From assembly GCF_003428155.1 (NCBI RefSeq), contig NZ_QLIR01000004.1, forward strand, positions 30,001-62,000: a stretch of 32,000 nucleotides of DNA. Reading direction: 5' to 3'. Under the pieces are notes generated by a model. The model searched no databases. It was not told where the DNA came from and saw only the letters and a list, made by a program, of their open reading frames with translations. The DNA is from Fastidiosibacter lacustris. Its GTDB lineage: Bacteria; Pseudomonadota; Gammaproteobacteria; Francisellales; Francisellaceae. How positions within the stretch are numbered: the stretch's first letter is position 1; each line of letters starts with the position of its first letter. Both the position numbers and the translations under genes were made by a program. Below, piece after piece: positions 1-10,861 of this stretch.

Positions 1-2
1 AA

Positions 3-536
3 TCAGATCAAGTTGTGCGCGGTGCTTCTGTGTTACCAAACGGTACTGGTAAGGTTGTGCGTGTTGCGGTATTTACTCAAGGTGATAACGTAACAAAAGC
101 AACTGAAGTAGGTGCTGATGTTGTTGGCATGGATGATTTGGCAGCTGAAGTTAAAAAAGGCAATATAGATTTTGACGTTGTAATCGCTACCCCTGATGCG
201 ATGCGTGTTGTTGGTCAGTTGGGTCAAATCTTGGGACCTAAGGGTTTAATGCCTAACCCTAAGGTTGGCACTGTAACAACTGATGTAGCGCAAGCGGTTA
301 AAGATGCAAAAGCAGGTCAGGTACGTTACCGCGTTGATAAAGCTGGTATTATTCACACCACCATTGGTAAGGCTGACTTTGCACCACAAGCGTTACAGCA
401 AAACTTAGAAACGCTTTTAACTGACTTGAAAAAGCTAAAGCCAGCAAATGCAAAAGGCGTGTACATCAAAAAAGTGACAGTTTCTAGTACAATGGGTCCT
501 GGTCTTATGCTTGACATGAGCACAATTGAGGTTTAA
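3..536 (+). CDS. rplA: 50S ribosomal protein L1, 5'-truncated by the window edge
   Basis: The frame is open from the window edge (nt 3: [17 protein letters not shown]...), so the GTG at 15 in the ORF track is internal. Classic L1 blocks are present: [71 protein letters not shown]. Sits in the conserved order rplA-rplJ-rplL-rpoB-rpoC. Confidence 0.95.
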   Translation, partial: SDQVVRGASVLPNGTGKVVRVAVFTQGDNVTKATEVGADVVGMDDLAAEVKKGNIDFDVVIATPDAMRVVGQLGQILGPKGLMPNPKVGTVTTDVAQAVKDAKAGQVRYRVDKAGIIHTTIGKADFAPQALQQNLETLLTDLKKLKPANAKGVYIKKVTVSSTMGPGLMLDMSTIEV

Positions 537-643
537 GATAAGCAGCCTTTTTCTCATCAGGCAGAATGTATGCGTGTGCAGAAGCTTTGCTTGAATATTA
601 AGTTTCTTTGGGTCAACTGCTTAATATCTATTGAGTTAGTGAT

Positions 644-705
644 GTCAAAGACCGTAGGTGTAACTGAAAGGTTGCTTAATTTCCTACGCAGACGGTGAAT
701 GTGAC
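644..705 (+). promoter_or_regulatory. Structured rplJ 5' leader (candidate L10/L12 autoregulatory leader)
   Basis: Nested stems are readable in the 241-nt rplA-rplJ spacer. GTCA(644-647) pairs with TGAC(702-705). CGTAGG(653-658) pairs with CCTACG(683-688), enclosing GTAAC(660-664)/GTTGC(671-675). The position matches the L10 leader known upstream of rplJ in gammaproteobacteria. No covariance model was run. Confidence 0.35.
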
Positions 706-777
706 CTAAAAGAGAAATTTTTATTTGGTTTCAAACATCGTATTAAATAACGTAGACAAAAACAAGAGGATTAGCTA

Positions 778-1296
778 ATGGCGCTAAAGCTTGAAGATAA
801 GAAAGCGATTGTGGCAGAAGTTGCTGAACAAGCATCCTTGGCATTGTCTGCAGCGGTGGCTGATTACCGTGGTTTGACTGTGAATCAAATGAGTGATTTA
901 CGTAAGCAAGCTCGTGAATCAGGTGTTTATTTAAAAGTTGTTCGCAATAATTTAGCAAGAATCGCGATCAAAGGAACTGAGTTTGAGTGCATGAGCAATG
1001 CACTTGTGGGTCCTTTGGTTTTGGCTTTCTCGAAAGAAGAGCCAGGTGCGGCTGCTAAATTATTCAAAAATTTTATGAAGAACAATAAAACTTTTGAAGT
1101 GAAGAACTTAGCAATGGGTGGCGAATTATTCGGCGCCAACAAGTTGGAAGAAATGTCTAAGCTTCCAAGTCGCAACGATGCACTTGCATTGTTGTGCAAT
1201 GTATTGCAAGCACCTGTTACCAAGTTTGTGCGTACGCTTAATGAAATTCCAGCGCAAGCTGTTCGCGTATTTGCTGCTGTTGGTGATGCAAAATAA
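778..1296 (+). CDS. rplJ: 50S ribosomal protein L10
   Basis: 172 aa. GAGGA (766-770) lies 7 nt upstream of ATG 778. L10-type N-terminus MALKLEDKKAIVAEV...ADYRGLTVNQMSDLRK. Conserved position between rplA and rplL. Confidence 0.97.
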   Translation: MALKLEDKKAIVAEVAEQASLALSAAVADYRGLTVNQMSDLRKQARESGVYLKVVRNNLARIAIKGTEFECMSNALVGPLVLAFSKEEPGAAAKLFKNFMKNNKTFEVKNLAMGGELFGANKLEEMSKLPSRNDALALLCNVLQAPVTKFVRTLNEIPAQAVRVFAAVGDAK

Positions 1297-1340
1297 CCAC
1301 TTTTCGTTTTTGAAATAAATTATTTAATAGGAGTTATATA

Positions 1341-1715
1341 ATGGCTATTACTAAAGAAGACATTCTAAATGCAGTTGCTGAAATGAGCGTTATGGATGTT
1401 TGTGAGTTAGTTAAAATGATGGAAGAGAAATTTGGTGTTTCTGCTCAAGCTGCTATTGCAGTTGCAGCTCCAGTTGCAGGCGAAGCTGCTGCTGTTGAAG
1501 AGAAAACTGAGTTTGACGTTGTTTTAGTTGATGCAGGTGCTAATAAAGTTGGTGCGATTAAAGCAGTTCGCGCAGCAACTGGTTTAGGCTTGAAAGAAGC
1601 AAAAGACGCAGTTGAAGGCGTTCCTTTTACAATCAAAGAAGGTGCTTCTAAGGCAGATGCTGAAGCACTTAAAAAGCAGCTTGAAGAAGCTGGTGCTAAG
1701 GTTGAGCTTAAGTAA
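1341..1715 (+). CDS. rplL: 50S ribosomal protein L7/L12
   Basis: 124 aa. AGGAG (1329-1333) lies 7 nt upstream. It has the N-terminal dimerisation helix ([33 protein letters not shown]) and an Ala/Glu-rich hinge. The C-terminal domain reads [25 protein letters not shown]...[21 protein letters not shown]. Confidence 0.97.
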   Translation: MAITKEDILNAVAEMSVMDVCELVKMMEEKFGVSAQAAIAVAAPVAGEAAAVEEKTEFDVVLVDAGANKVGAIKAVRAATGLGLKEAKDAVEGVPFTIKEGASKADAEALKKQLEEAGAKVELK

Positions 1716-1744
1716 TTTTTCGATTACATTAAGTTAAAGCAAAA

Positions 1745-1777
1745 GGCTAACAGGTATATTTTACTTGTTGGCCTTTT
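1745..1777 (+). terminator. Hairpin plus T-tract in the rplL-rpoB spacer (candidate partial terminator/attenuator)
   Basis: The stem GGCTAACAGG (1745-1754) / CTTGTTGGCC (1764-1773) has 10 bp including two G-U pairs. It has a 9-nt loop and is followed by TTTT (1774-1777). E. coli has a leaky attenuator at the equivalent position. Confidence 0.5.
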
Positions 1778-1893
1778 CTGCTATGTGATAAATATGATTT
1801 GTGGCTGAATCTGTGGTCGCAGATAAATAAAGTTTTTTCAAACTTTTGGCATGGTTTAGTGGTTAAAATGAATGTGATCAGAGGAAGTGCCTG

Positions 1894-4800
1894 ATGCCGT
1901 ACTCATACGCTGAGAAGAAAAGAATCCGTAAAGAATTTGGGAATCTTCCTAATATTCTAGATGTTCCATATTTGCTTGCCATTCAAGTAAATTCATACAA
2001 AGAATTTTTACAACAAGAAGTTAAGCCGCAAGTGCGTAAAAATATTGGCTTAGAAGCAGCGTTTAAATCTGTTTTTCCGATTGCTAGCGCTTCTGGCTAT
2101 TCCGAACTTCATTATGTAAGCTACCGTTTAGGTGAATCTACATTTGATGAAAATGAGTGTAGCATTCGAGGGGTAACTTATGCTGCACCCTTGCGTGTAA
2201 AATTACGATTGGTTGTTTACGATAAAGATGCACCGGTAGATAGTAAGGCGGTGAAAGATGTTCGTGAACAGGAAGTTTACATGGGTGAAATTCCGCTTAT
2301 GACGGAAAATGGGACCTTTATCATCAATGGTACTGAGCGTGTTGTGGTGTCTCAGTTGCACCGCTCACCAGGGGTATTTTTTGATCACGATAAAGGCAAG
2401 ACCCATTCCTCAGGTAAGATATTGCATTCAGCACGTGTTATTCCATATCGTGGTTCATGGCTAGACTTTGAGTTTGACCCAAAAGACTTGCTTTATGTGC
2501 GTATAGATAGACGTCGTAAGTTACCAGCAACAGTTTTGTTAAAGGCTTTGGGTTATACTAACGAAGCATTATTAAAGATTTTTTATGAGCCAGTTGACTT
2601 TGAAGTCCAGGATGGTGTGTTAATGATGACGTTTGACCCTAATTCATTAAAAGGCACAACGGCATCGTTTGATATTTTAGACCAAGACAATAAGGTGCTC
2701 GTTTCTGAAGGCAAGCGCATCACAGCGCGTCATACTAAGGTCATGAAAGAGCAAGGGCTTGACCGAATGGAAGTCCCTGTTTCTTACGTAATTGGCAAAG
2801 TATTATATGGTCGTATTGTAGATGAAACTTCAGGTGAGTTGTTGGCTGAAGCAAACGAAGAAATTACTCCGGTATTGTTAGACAAATTGTCTGATCGTGG
2901 TGTTAATAAATTCCAAACGCTCAACACCAATGATTTAGATCGTGGGGCTTATATTGCCGATACATTGCGTAGTGATATTTGTCGCAATCGTGATGAAGCG
3001 CTTGTTGAAATTTACCGTATGATGCGCCCAGGTGAACCCCCAACAAAAGAATCTGCTGAAAACTTATTTCAAGGTTTATTCTTTTCTGAAGAGCGTTATG
3101 ATTTATCAGCAGTTGGTCGGATGAAATTTAACAATCGTTTGGGACGTAAATCCGACAAAGGTGAAGGGATATTAAGCAAAGAAGATATTATCGACGTTGT
3201 AAAAACCTTGATTGATATTCGAGATGGTCGTGGTGAAGTTGATGATATCGACCACCTAGGTAATCGTCGTATTCGTGCGGTAGGTGAGATGACTGAAAAT
3301 CAATTTAGGGTAGGCTTGGTGCGTGTTGAGCGTTCCGTGCGTGAGCGTTTATCTTTAGTTGATCGTGAGAGTGCAATGCCACAAGATCTGGTCAATGCTA
3401 AACCAATTACCGCCGCGATTAAAGAATTCTTTGGTTCGGGTGCGTTATCACAATTTATGGATCAAGATAACCCGCTATCAGAAGTTACGCATAAACGTCG
3501 TATATCTGCATTGGGCCCTGGTGGTTTATCAAGAGATCGCGCTGGTTTTGAAGTGCGTGACGTACACACTACACATTATGGTCGTTTGTGTCCAATTGAA
3601 ACGCCAGAAGGTCCAAACATTGGTTTGATTAATTCTTTAGCGTGTTATGCGCGTACCAACCATTATGGTTTCTTAGAAGCCCCATATCGTAAAGTAATGG
3701 ATGGTGTTGCAACGGATGAAATTGAATACTTGTCTGCAATTGATGAAGGCAATTATGTGATTGCGCAAGCATCTGCTTCAATGGATGACAAAGGCCGTTT
3801 AACAGATGAGCTTATTCAATGTCGCTCAAAAGGTGAGGCAATTTTTACAACAGCAGATCAAGTACAATATATGGATGTATCTGCCAAACAAATGGTATCC
3901 GTGGCGGCAGCGCTTATCCCATTTTTAGAACACGATGATGCTAACCGTGCACTCATGGGATCAAACATGCAACGCCAAGCTGTACCTACATTAAAAGCTG
4001 AAAAGCCACTCGTTGGTACTGGAATGGAGCGTATCGTTGCAAGTGATTCAGGTACTTGTATTGTTGCTAAACGCTCAGGTGTTGTTGATTCAGTAGATGG
4101 TGGTCGTATCGTTGTTTGTGTGAACAATGATGAAATTGGTGAAAGTGATTCTGTCGTTGATATTTATAATTTGACCAAATTCCGTCGTTCTAATAAAAAT
4201 ACGTGTATTAACCAGCGCCCAATTGTAGAACCTGGTGATGTAATCAGAAAAGGTGATATCTTAGCAGATGGTTCTTCAACGGATATGGGCGAATTAGCAC
4301 TAGGTCAAAACCTACTCGTTGCATTTATGCCTTGGAATGGTTTTAACTTTGAAGATTCTATTCTTTTATCTGAGCGTGTTGTAGAGGATGATCGTTATAC
4401 TTCTATTCATATCGAAGAGTTAACTTGTATTGCACGTGACACTAAGCTTGGGGCAGAAGAAATTACAGCCGATATTCCAAATGTAAGTGAGTATGCACTT
4501 AATAAACTTGATGCCTCAGGTATTATTCATATTGGTGCAAACGTTGTTCCAGGGGATATTTTGGTTGCTAAAATTACACCCAAAGCAGAGCAACAGTTAA
4601 CTCCTGAAGAGAAGTTATTACGCGCTATTTTTGGTGAGAAGGCTTCTGATGTTAAAGATAGTTCATTGAGAATGCCAACTGGCATGTACGGTACGATTAT
4701 TAATGTGCAAGTCTTCACTCGTGATGGTGTCGAAAAAGATGCACGTTCAGTTGAAATTGAAAAAGAGGAACTGGTACGCATTCGTAAAGACTTGCGTGAC

Positions 4801-5985
4801 GAATATCGTATTGTTGAAGGTGCTGTACGCTCTTATCTATTTGAACAGTTAAGTGGTAAAAAAGCATTAGCTGGTCCAAATAACTTAAGGCGTGGTCAAG
4901 AAATCACAAAAGAATATTTGAAAACCATTGAGTTTATGCAATGGTTAGATCTTCGTGTTGAAGATGAAGCGACAACCGAAGCTATCGCTCGTTGTAAAGC
5001 GCAAATTGAACAGGCTCGCAAAGATTTTGAGGTAAAGTTTGAAGTTAAGCGGAAAAAGCTAACTCAAGGAGATGATCTATCGCCTGGAGTACTTAAAATT
5101 GTTAAGGTGTTTGTTGCCGTTAAACGTCGTATTCAGCCAGGTGACAAGATGGCAGGGCGTCATGGTAACAAAGGTGTAGTATCTCGTATTCTACCTATTG
5201 AAGATATGCCATACCTTGCAGATGGCACGCCAATGGATATCGTTCTAAATCCGTTAGGTGTTCCTTCTCGTATGAATATTGGTCAGGTGCTGGAAACACA
5301 TATGGGGTTAGCTGCACGTTCTCTAGGACACAAAATAAGTGATGCGTTAGAAGCTAGCCAAAAAGTACAAGATATCCGCAAAGTTTTAGAGGAAGTCTAC
5401 AACACCATTGGTCATAAAAAAGTGGATTTCAAGCAATTAGATGATGATCAAATCGTTGAGATGGCATATAACTTAAAAGCAGGTGTACCTATTGCAACGC
5501 CTGTGTTTGATGGTGCAAAAGAGAAAGACATCAAAGATCTTTTAAAACTTTGCGATATCAACGAAAGCGGTCAGATGCAGCTATTTGACGGTCGTACTGG
5601 TTTGGCATTTGATCGACCTGTAACCGTGGGATACATGTACATGCTGAAACTAGATCACTTAGTAGACGATAAGATGCACGCACGTTCGACAGGTTCGTAT
5701 AGTCTGGTAACACAACAGCCGCTAGGTGGTAAAGCCCAGTTTGGTGGTCAGCGTTTTGGTGAGATGGAGGTGTGGGCGCTACAAGCGTATGGTGCAGCAT
5801 ATACATTGCGTGAAATGTTAACCGTGAAGTCAGATGATGTGAATGGTCGTACCAAGATGTATAAGAACATCGTTGATGGTAATTTCAGGATGGATGCAAG
5901 TATTCCAGAATCGTTTAACGTACTAATGAAAGAAGTACGTGCATTAGCTATCGATATTGATCTTGAGTCTGACTTGAATAATTAA
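1894..5985 (+). CDS. rpoB: DNA-directed RNA polymerase subunit beta
   Basis: 1363 aa. N-terminus [16 protein letters not shown]. Rifampicin-cluster region [34 protein letters not shown]. Also NMQRQAVP and the C-terminal [32 protein letters not shown]. Confidence 0.99.
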   Translation: MPYSYAEKKRIRKEFGNLPNILDVPYLLAIQVNSYKEFLQQEVKPQVRKNIGLEAAFKSVFPIASASGYSELHYVSYRLGESTFDENECSIRGVTYAAPLRVKLRLVVYDKDAPVDSKAVKDVREQEVYMGEIPLMTENGTFIINGTERVVVSQLHRSPGVFFDHDKGKTHSSGKILHSARVIPYRGSWLDFEFDPKDLLYVRIDRRRKLPATVLLKALGYTNEALLKIFYEPVDFEVQDGVLMMTFDPNSLKGTTASFDILDQDNKVLVSEGKRITARHTKVMKEQGLDRMEVPVSYVIGKVLYGRIVDETSGELLAEANEEITPVLLDKLSDRGVNKFQTLNTNDLDRGAYIADTLRSDICRNRDEALVEIYRMMRPGEPPTKESAENLFQGLFFSEERYDLSAVGRMKFNNRLGRKSDKGEGILSKEDIIDVVKTLIDIRDGRGEVDDIDHLGNRRIRAVGEMTENQFRVGLVRVERSVRERLSLVDRESAMPQDLVNAKPITAAIKEFFGSGALSQFMDQDNPLSEVTHKRRISALGPGGLSRDRAGFEVRDVHTTHYGRLCPIETPEGPNIGLINSLACYARTNHYGFLEAPYRKVMDGVATDEIEYLSAIDEGNYVIAQASASMDDKGRLTDELIQCRSKGEAIFTTADQVQYMDVSAKQMVSVAAALIPFLEHDDANRALMGSNMQRQAVPTLKAEKPLVGTGMERIVASDSGTCIVAKRSGVVDSVDGGRIVVCVNNDEIGESDSVVDIYNLTKFRRSNKNTCINQRPIVEPGDVIRKGDILADGSSTDMGELALGQNLLVAFMPWNGFNFEDSILLSERVVEDDRYTSIHIEELTCIARDTKLGAEEITADIPNVSEYALNKLDASGIIHIGANVVPGDILVAKITPKAEQQLTPEEKLLRAIFGEKASDVKDSSLRMPTGMYGTIINVQVFTRDGVEKDARSVEIEKEELVRIRKDLRDEYRIVEGAVRSYLFEQLSGKKALAGPNNLRRGQEITKEYLKTIEFMQWLDLRVEDEATTEAIARCKAQIEQARKDFEVKFEVKRKKLTQGDDLSPGVLKIVKVFVAVKRRIQPGDKMAGRHGNKGVVSRILPIEDMPYLADGTPMDIVLNPLGVPSRMNIGQVLETHMGLAARSLGHKISDALEASQKVQDIRKVLEEVYNTIGHKKVDFKQLDDDQIVEMAYNLKAGVPIATPVFDGAKEKDIKDLLKLCDINESGQMQLFDGRTGLAFDRPVTVGYMYMLKLDHLVDDKMHARSTGSYSLVTQQPLGGKAQFGGQRFGEMEVWALQAYGAAYTLREMLTVKSDDVNGRTKMYKNIVDGNFRMDASIPESFNVLMKEVRALAIDIDLESDLNN

Positions 5986-6072
5986 TCTTATTGAGTCGCA
6001 ATTCATTAAATCGTTGCAGAAAGCATCTCTGTAACATGTAATCAAACTTTGCAAAGAATAGGAGTAGAAGCC

Positions 6073-9000
6073 TTGAAAAACTTACTAGGCGGTATGAAAC
6101 AGCAAGGTAAAGATTTAGAGTTTGACCGTATTCGAGTCGCTCTTGCTTCCCCTGAAATGATCCATTCATGGTCATATGGTGAAGTGAAAAAGCCAGAAAC
6201 AATTAATTATCGTACTTTTAAGCCAGAAAGAGATGGTTTATTTTGTGCTAAAATTTTTGGTCCAATTAAGGATTATGAATGTTTGTGTGGCAAATATAAG
6301 CGTTTAAAGCATCGCGGGATTATCTGTGAAAAGTGTGGCGTTGAAGTAACGCAAGCGCGTGTACGACGTGACAGAATGGGGCATATTGACCTTGCTTGTC
6401 CAGTGGCACACATATGGTATTTGAAGTCATTACCATCTCGTATAGGGTTACTGTTGGATATGACCTTGCGTGATATTGAGCGCATTTTATATTTTGAAGC
6501 CTATGCCGTAACAGATCCTGGGATGACACCATTTGAAAAAGGTCAGCTGCTAAATGAAGAAACGTATTTGGATGCCTTAGAAGAGTACGGTGATGAATTT
6601 GAAGCACAAATGGGTGCCGAAGCGATTCAAAAACTATTGATGGATACAGACTTAAATCATGAGATTGAAGTGATTCGAGAAGAGATTCCAACAACAAACT
6701 CAGAAACCAAGCTTAAGAAACTCACTAAGCGTTTAAAATTATTAGAATCATTCCGTGATTCGGGTAATAAGCCTGAGTGGATGATTATGACGGTTTTACC
6801 AGTATTACCCCCTGATTTACGTCCATTGGTGCCACTTGATGGTGGACGTTTTGCAACCTCAGACTTAAACGACTTATATCGTCGTGTCATTAACCGTAAC
6901 AATCGTTTAAAACGTTTATTAGAGTTAAGTGCACCTGATATTATCGTTAGAAACGAAAAACGTATGTTACAAGAAGCGGTGGACGCGCTATTAGATAATG
7001 GGCGCAGAGGGCGCGCAGTTACCGGTTCAAATAAGCGTGCGCTTAAATCACTTGCTGATATGATTAAAGGTAAGCAAGGCCGTTTCCGTCAAAACCTTCT
7101 TGGTAAACGTGTAGACTACTCTGGTCGCTCTGTGATTACAGTGGGACCAACTTTGCGGTTGCACCAATGTGGTTTGCCAAAGAAAATGGCATTAGAATTA
7201 TTTAAGCCATTTATTTATTCTAAACTTGAACACTATGGTCATGCGTCAACAATTAAAGCAGCCAAAAAAATGGTTGAGCGGGAAGAAGCTTTAGTTTGGG
7301 ATATTTTGGAAGAAGTGATTCGTGAGCATCCGGTGCTTCTAAACCGTGCGCCAACTTTGCATAGATTAGGTATTCAAGCATTTGAACCGACACTGATCGA
7401 GGGTAAAGCAATTCAGTTACATCCATTAGTGTGTACGGCATTTAATGCAGACTTTGACGGGGATCAAATGGCAGTTCACGTGCCATTAACGTTAGAAGCT
7501 CAGCTTGAAGCGCGTGTGCTGATGATGTCAACCAATAACATTTTGTCTCCTGCTAGTGGTACGCCTGTGATTGCACCAACACAAGATATTGTGCTTGGTC
7601 TTTATTACATCACACGTGAGCGGGTAAATGCCAAAGGTGAAGGTAAATTATTTGCTGATCTATTGCACGTTCAGCGTGCATATGATGCGGCAGTGGTTGA
7701 TGTGCATGCTAAAATAAAGGTGCGTTTGAATCATAAAGTATTGCTTGAATCTGGCAAATATATCGATGAAAAGGGTGTCGTGGAAACAACCGTAGGACGT
7801 GCACTATTATCCAGTATTTTACCAGAAGGTTTGCCATTTTCGTTGATTAATCAATCTTTAACTAAGAAGGTAATTGCCAAAATTATTGATCAGTGTTATC
7901 GTCGTTTAGGCACAAAGGCAACAGTTATTTTTGCTGACCAGCTAATGTATGCTGGTTATAAGTACTCAACGAAATCAGGCATTTCGATTGGGATCGATGA
8001 TATGATCATTCCTGATGCCAAAGAAATGATCCTCACTGAAGCAGAAAGTCAAGTCAAAGAAATTTCTGAGCAGTATGCCAGTGGTTTAGTGACTGCGGGT
8101 GAGCGTTATAATAAGGTTATCGATATTTGGTCGCGTGCTAATGAAAAAGTTGCTAAGTCGATGATGGAAGTGATCGCAAAAGAAAAAGTCCAGGATAAAG
8201 TAGGAAATGAAGTTGAACAAGAGTCTTTCAACTCTGTATATATGATGGCAGATTCAGGTGCAAGGGGCTCTGCAGCTCAAATTAGACAGCTTGCAGGGAT
8301 GCGTGGGCTCATGGCAAAACCAGATGGTTCCATTATTGAAACGCCAATTACTGCAAACTTCCGTGAAGGTTTGTCAGTATTGCAATACTTTACTTCAACC
8401 CACGGTGCGCGTAAAGGGCTTGCCGATACAGCATTAAAAACAGCAAACTCAGGGTACTTGACACGTCGTTTGGTTGATGTCGCTCAAGATTTGGTTATCG
8501 TTGAAGAAGATTGTGGTACAAACAAGGGTCTGACAGTATCAGCGCTGATTGAAGGAGGAGACGTTGTTGTTCCATTGGGGGAACGTTTATTAGGTCGAGT
8601 CAATGCAGAGGATATTTATAACCCAGGTGAAGATGAAGTCTTGGTTGAAGCTGGCACCTTGCTTGATGAAAAAACTGTAGAATTGATTGAGCAACATGGC
8701 GTCGATCAAGTCGTTATTCGCTCATCTATTACTTGTGAAACTCGTCGTGGTTTATGTGCTAAATGCTATGGTAGAGATTTGGCAAGAGGTCACTTGGTCA
8801 ATATGGGTGAATCTGTTGGTGTTGTAGCGGCACAATCCATCGGTGAACCAGGAACGCAGTTGACGATGCGTACCTTCCATATTGGAGGTGCGGCATCTCA
8901 AGATACGGCTGAAAATAATGTTCAGATCAAGAATGGTGGCAGAATCAAGTTCAACAACATTAAAACAGTTAAGAATCGTGAAGGTAACCATGTGGTGGTG

Positions 9001-10362
9001 TCACGCTCAGGTGAAATCGGTATTATCGATAAGTTTGGTCGTGAGCGCGAAAAATATAAAGTGCCATACGGTGCAGTGTTACCAGTCAATGATGACACTC
9101 AAGTAAAAGCTGGTGCTATCGTTGCAACCTGGGATCCACATACCCATCCCGTTGTTGCCGAGGTTGCAGGTCATATCAATTTCGTTGACTTTATTGATGG
9201 TGTGACCATGAAGCATCAAGCGGATGAAATGACTGGTTTGTCTAGTATTGTTATTACATCTGATTCACAGAAGAGTGGTAATAGAGATATAAGACCACTT
9301 GTACGCTTGATCAATGAGGTTGGTGAGGAGCTATGCTTTCCTAATACCAATATTCCTGCAAGTTATTTTATGCCGATTGGTGCGATTTTAAATATTGAAA
9401 ATGGCACGCAAATTGAAGTGGGTGATGTTATTGCACGTATTCCACAAGAAGGCTCAAAAAACAAGGATATTACCGGAGGTCTTCCACGCGTAGCTGACTT
9501 GTTTGAAGCTCGCCGTCCAAAAGATGCCGCTATTTTGGCAGAAGTTTCTGGAGTGGTGAGTTTTGGTAAAGAAACAAAAGGCAAGCGTCGCTTGATTATT
9601 TTGCCTGAAGAAGGTGAGCCAATTGAGATTATGATTCCTAAATGGCGTCATATTAACGTATTTGAAGGTGAGCATGTTTCACAAGGGGAAATTATCTGTG
9701 ATGGTCCGTTTGATCCGCATGAAATCCTACGCTTGAAAGGTGTACATGCGCTTGCTGAATATATTATCAATGAAATTCAAGAAGTTTATCGCTTACAAGG
9801 TGTGGGCATTAATGATAAGCATATTGAAACCGTTACCCGTCAAATGTTGCGTAAGGTAAACATCCTCGCCTCAGGAGATAGTAAATTTGTTGATGGTGAA
9901 CCGGTTGAGCTTGTGCAAGTACTGGAAGAAAATGATAAGCTTCTTGCAGAAGGCAAGCTTGTAGCAGTTTATGAGCCTATTTTATTAGGCATCACGAAAG
10001 CTTCATTGTCAACGGAGTCATTCTTATCAGCAGCATCTTTCCAAGAAACAACACGTGTCTTAACAGAAGCTTCGGTGAGTGGTCAGCAAGACTATTTACG
10101 TGGCTTAAAAGAAAATGTTCTCATCGGTCGTTTGATTCCATCTGGAACAGGACTTGCTTATCACCAAGAGCGTAAGCGTAAGCACATCGAAGAAATGGAA
10201 ACATTGGAATCAGGACCATCTATGGATGAGTTGGAAATGGCACTAAGTGCTGCGTTAAATGCAGATAACGAGGAAAACAGCGTTGACTTGGAGGATCTGT
10301 TTGTCATAAGTGACGATGATTTTAATGTAGCCGAGTCAGAAGATGATGAAGATGATGAATAA
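6073..10362 (+). CDS. rpoC: DNA-directed RNA polymerase subunit beta'
   Basis: Zinc-binding [23 protein letters not shown] and catalytic [14 protein letters not shown] are present. The start is moved from the track's 6049 to TTG 6073. AGGAG (6060-6064) lies 8 nt upstream of that [31 protein letters not shown] aligns residue for residue with the E. coli N-terminus as I recall it ([28 protein letters not shown]). ATG 6094 is an alternative start. Confidence 0.97.
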   Translation: MKNLLGGMKQQGKDLEFDRIRVALASPEMIHSWSYGEVKKPETINYRTFKPERDGLFCAKIFGPIKDYECLCGKYKRLKHRGIICEKCGVEVTQARVRRDRMGHIDLACPVAHIWYLKSLPSRIGLLLDMTLRDIERILYFEAYAVTDPGMTPFEKGQLLNEETYLDALEEYGDEFEAQMGAEAIQKLLMDTDLNHEIEVIREEIPTTNSETKLKKLTKRLKLLESFRDSGNKPEWMIMTVLPVLPPDLRPLVPLDGGRFATSDLNDLYRRVINRNNRLKRLLELSAPDIIVRNEKRMLQEAVDALLDNGRRGRAVTGSNKRALKSLADMIKGKQGRFRQNLLGKRVDYSGRSVITVGPTLRLHQCGLPKKMALELFKPFIYSKLEHYGHASTIKAAKKMVEREEALVWDILEEVIREHPVLLNRAPTLHRLGIQAFEPTLIEGKAIQLHPLVCTAFNADFDGDQMAVHVPLTLEAQLEARVLMMSTNNILSPASGTPVIAPTQDIVLGLYYITRERVNAKGEGKLFADLLHVQRAYDAAVVDVHAKIKVRLNHKVLLESGKYIDEKGVVETTVGRALLSSILPEGLPFSLINQSLTKKVIAKIIDQCYRRLGTKATVIFADQLMYAGYKYSTKSGISIGIDDMIIPDAKEMILTEAESQVKEISEQYASGLVTAGERYNKVIDIWSRANEKVAKSMMEVIAKEKVQDKVGNEVEQESFNSVYMMADSGARGSAAQIRQLAGMRGLMAKPDGSIIETPITANFREGLSVLQYFTSTHGARKGLADTALKTANSGYLTRRLVDVAQDLVIVEEDCGTNKGLTVSALIEGGDVVVPLGERLLGRVNAEDIYNPGEDEVLVEAGTLLDEKTVELIEQHGVDQVVIRSSITCETRRGLCAKCYGRDLARGHLVNMGESVGVVAAQSIGEPGTQLTMRTFHIGGAASQDTAENNVQIKNGGRIKFNNIKTVKNREGNHVVVSRSGEIGIIDKFGREREKYKVPYGAVLPVNDDTQVKAGAIVATWDPHTHPVVAEVAGHINFVDFIDGVTMKHQADEMTGLSSIVITSDSQKSGNRDIRPLVRLINEVGEELCFPNTNIPASYFMPIGAILNIENGTQIEVGDVIARIPQEGSKNKDITGGLPRVADLFEARRPKDAAILAEVSGVVSFGKETKGKRRLIILPEEGEPIEIMIPKWRHINVFEGEHVSQGEIICDGPFDPHEILRLKGVHALAEYIINEIQEVYRLQGVGINDKHIETVTRQMLRKVNILASGDSKFVDGEPVELVQVLEENDKLLAEGKLVAVYEPILLGITKASLSTESFLSAASFQETTRVLTEASVSGQQDYLRGLKENVLIGRLIPSGTGLAYHQERKRKHIEEMETLESGPSMDELEMALSAALNADNEENSVDLEDLFVISDDDFNVAESEDDEDDE

Positions 10363-10393
10363 GTGGGTACATTAAAATAACTGTGTAAATTTT

Positions 10394-10431
10394 TTCGTAG
10401 GTTATAATGGGTACAATGTATAATCTACGAA
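10394..10431. repeat. Inverted repeat (13-nt arms, 12/13 complementary, 12-nt loop) 32 nt after the rpoC stop
   Basis: TTCGTAGGTTATA (10394-10406), loop ATGGGTACAATG, TATAATCTACGAA (10419-10431). A T5 run precedes it and no T-tract follows, so it is not a canonical intrinsic terminator on the + strand. Confidence 0.4.
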
Positions 10432-10777
10432 TGAAAGATGAAACAGGAACAACAAACTGAAGTACTAGGATAAGGACTTGATTTTACTATCAAATCAAAT
10501 GCTGATTTATCAAACTTGTTTAAATCTGCTTTTCTATTAAAGCAATTAACAAAAGGATTAGTTTAACCTGCTTTACAGGCTGAAATAAAAGATTATCTAA
10601 TCTGAATTAAATGCTTACATTTTAATATGGGATAGATAATAGTAAAGAAAGGACAAATAGGGATGTGGAAAAAATTATTTTTGGACAACGTTAGCGTTTT
10701 TAAGTAGCCCCTAAAAAGGGAGAGCCGCGGTAATGTAGCTCTCTTATCCAACTAACATTTAATTTCAAGGAGAAAAA

Positions 10778-10855
10778 ATGAATACGATTACTCATTTTGT
10801 AACGAGCATAAGTATTTTTAATCAGTCACAACCTATTGAAATTCACAAGGAGTAG
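10778..10855 (+). CDS. Possible 25-codon upstream ORF / leader peptide preceding the esterase gene
   Basis: AAGGAG (10767-10772) lies 5 nt upstream of ATG 10778. The ORF translates to MNTITHFVTSISIFNQSQPIEIHKE*. Its last codons AAG GAG TAG (10847-10855) also supply the AAGGAG Shine-Dalgarno 9 nt before the esterase ATG (10862). There is no homology support. Confidence 0.2.
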   Translation: MNTITHFVTSISIFNQSQPIEIHKE

Positions 10856-10861
10856 TGTCCC

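Noticed and set aside
33-1636. ORFs antisense to or overlapping the ribosomal protein genes: 33-227-, 743-958-, 927-1223-, 1118-1318+, 1445-1636-.
   Set aside because: These are shadow frames of rplA, rplJ and rplL, which have strong homology and Shine-Dalgarno sites.
6049-6072. The track's rpoC start at 6049 (MQRIGVEA...).
   Set aside because: The AGGAG at 6060-6064 lies inside this extension, and N-terminal homology begins at TTG 6073. The extension has no counterpart in other beta' subunits.
2000-10362. Short ORFs from the track inside or antisense to rpoB and rpoC: 3359-3628+, 3858-4127-, 4527-4781-, 5558-5806-, 5948-6202-, 6273-6485-, 6320-6697-, 6657-6902-, 7253-7441-, 8752-8991-, 8882-9106+, 9363-9584-, 9454-9675-.
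   Set aside because: All are embedded in unmistakable, continuous rpoB/rpoC reading frames. They have no ribosome-binding sites or recognisable motifs, and their low-complexity or odd composition is typical of shadow ORFs.
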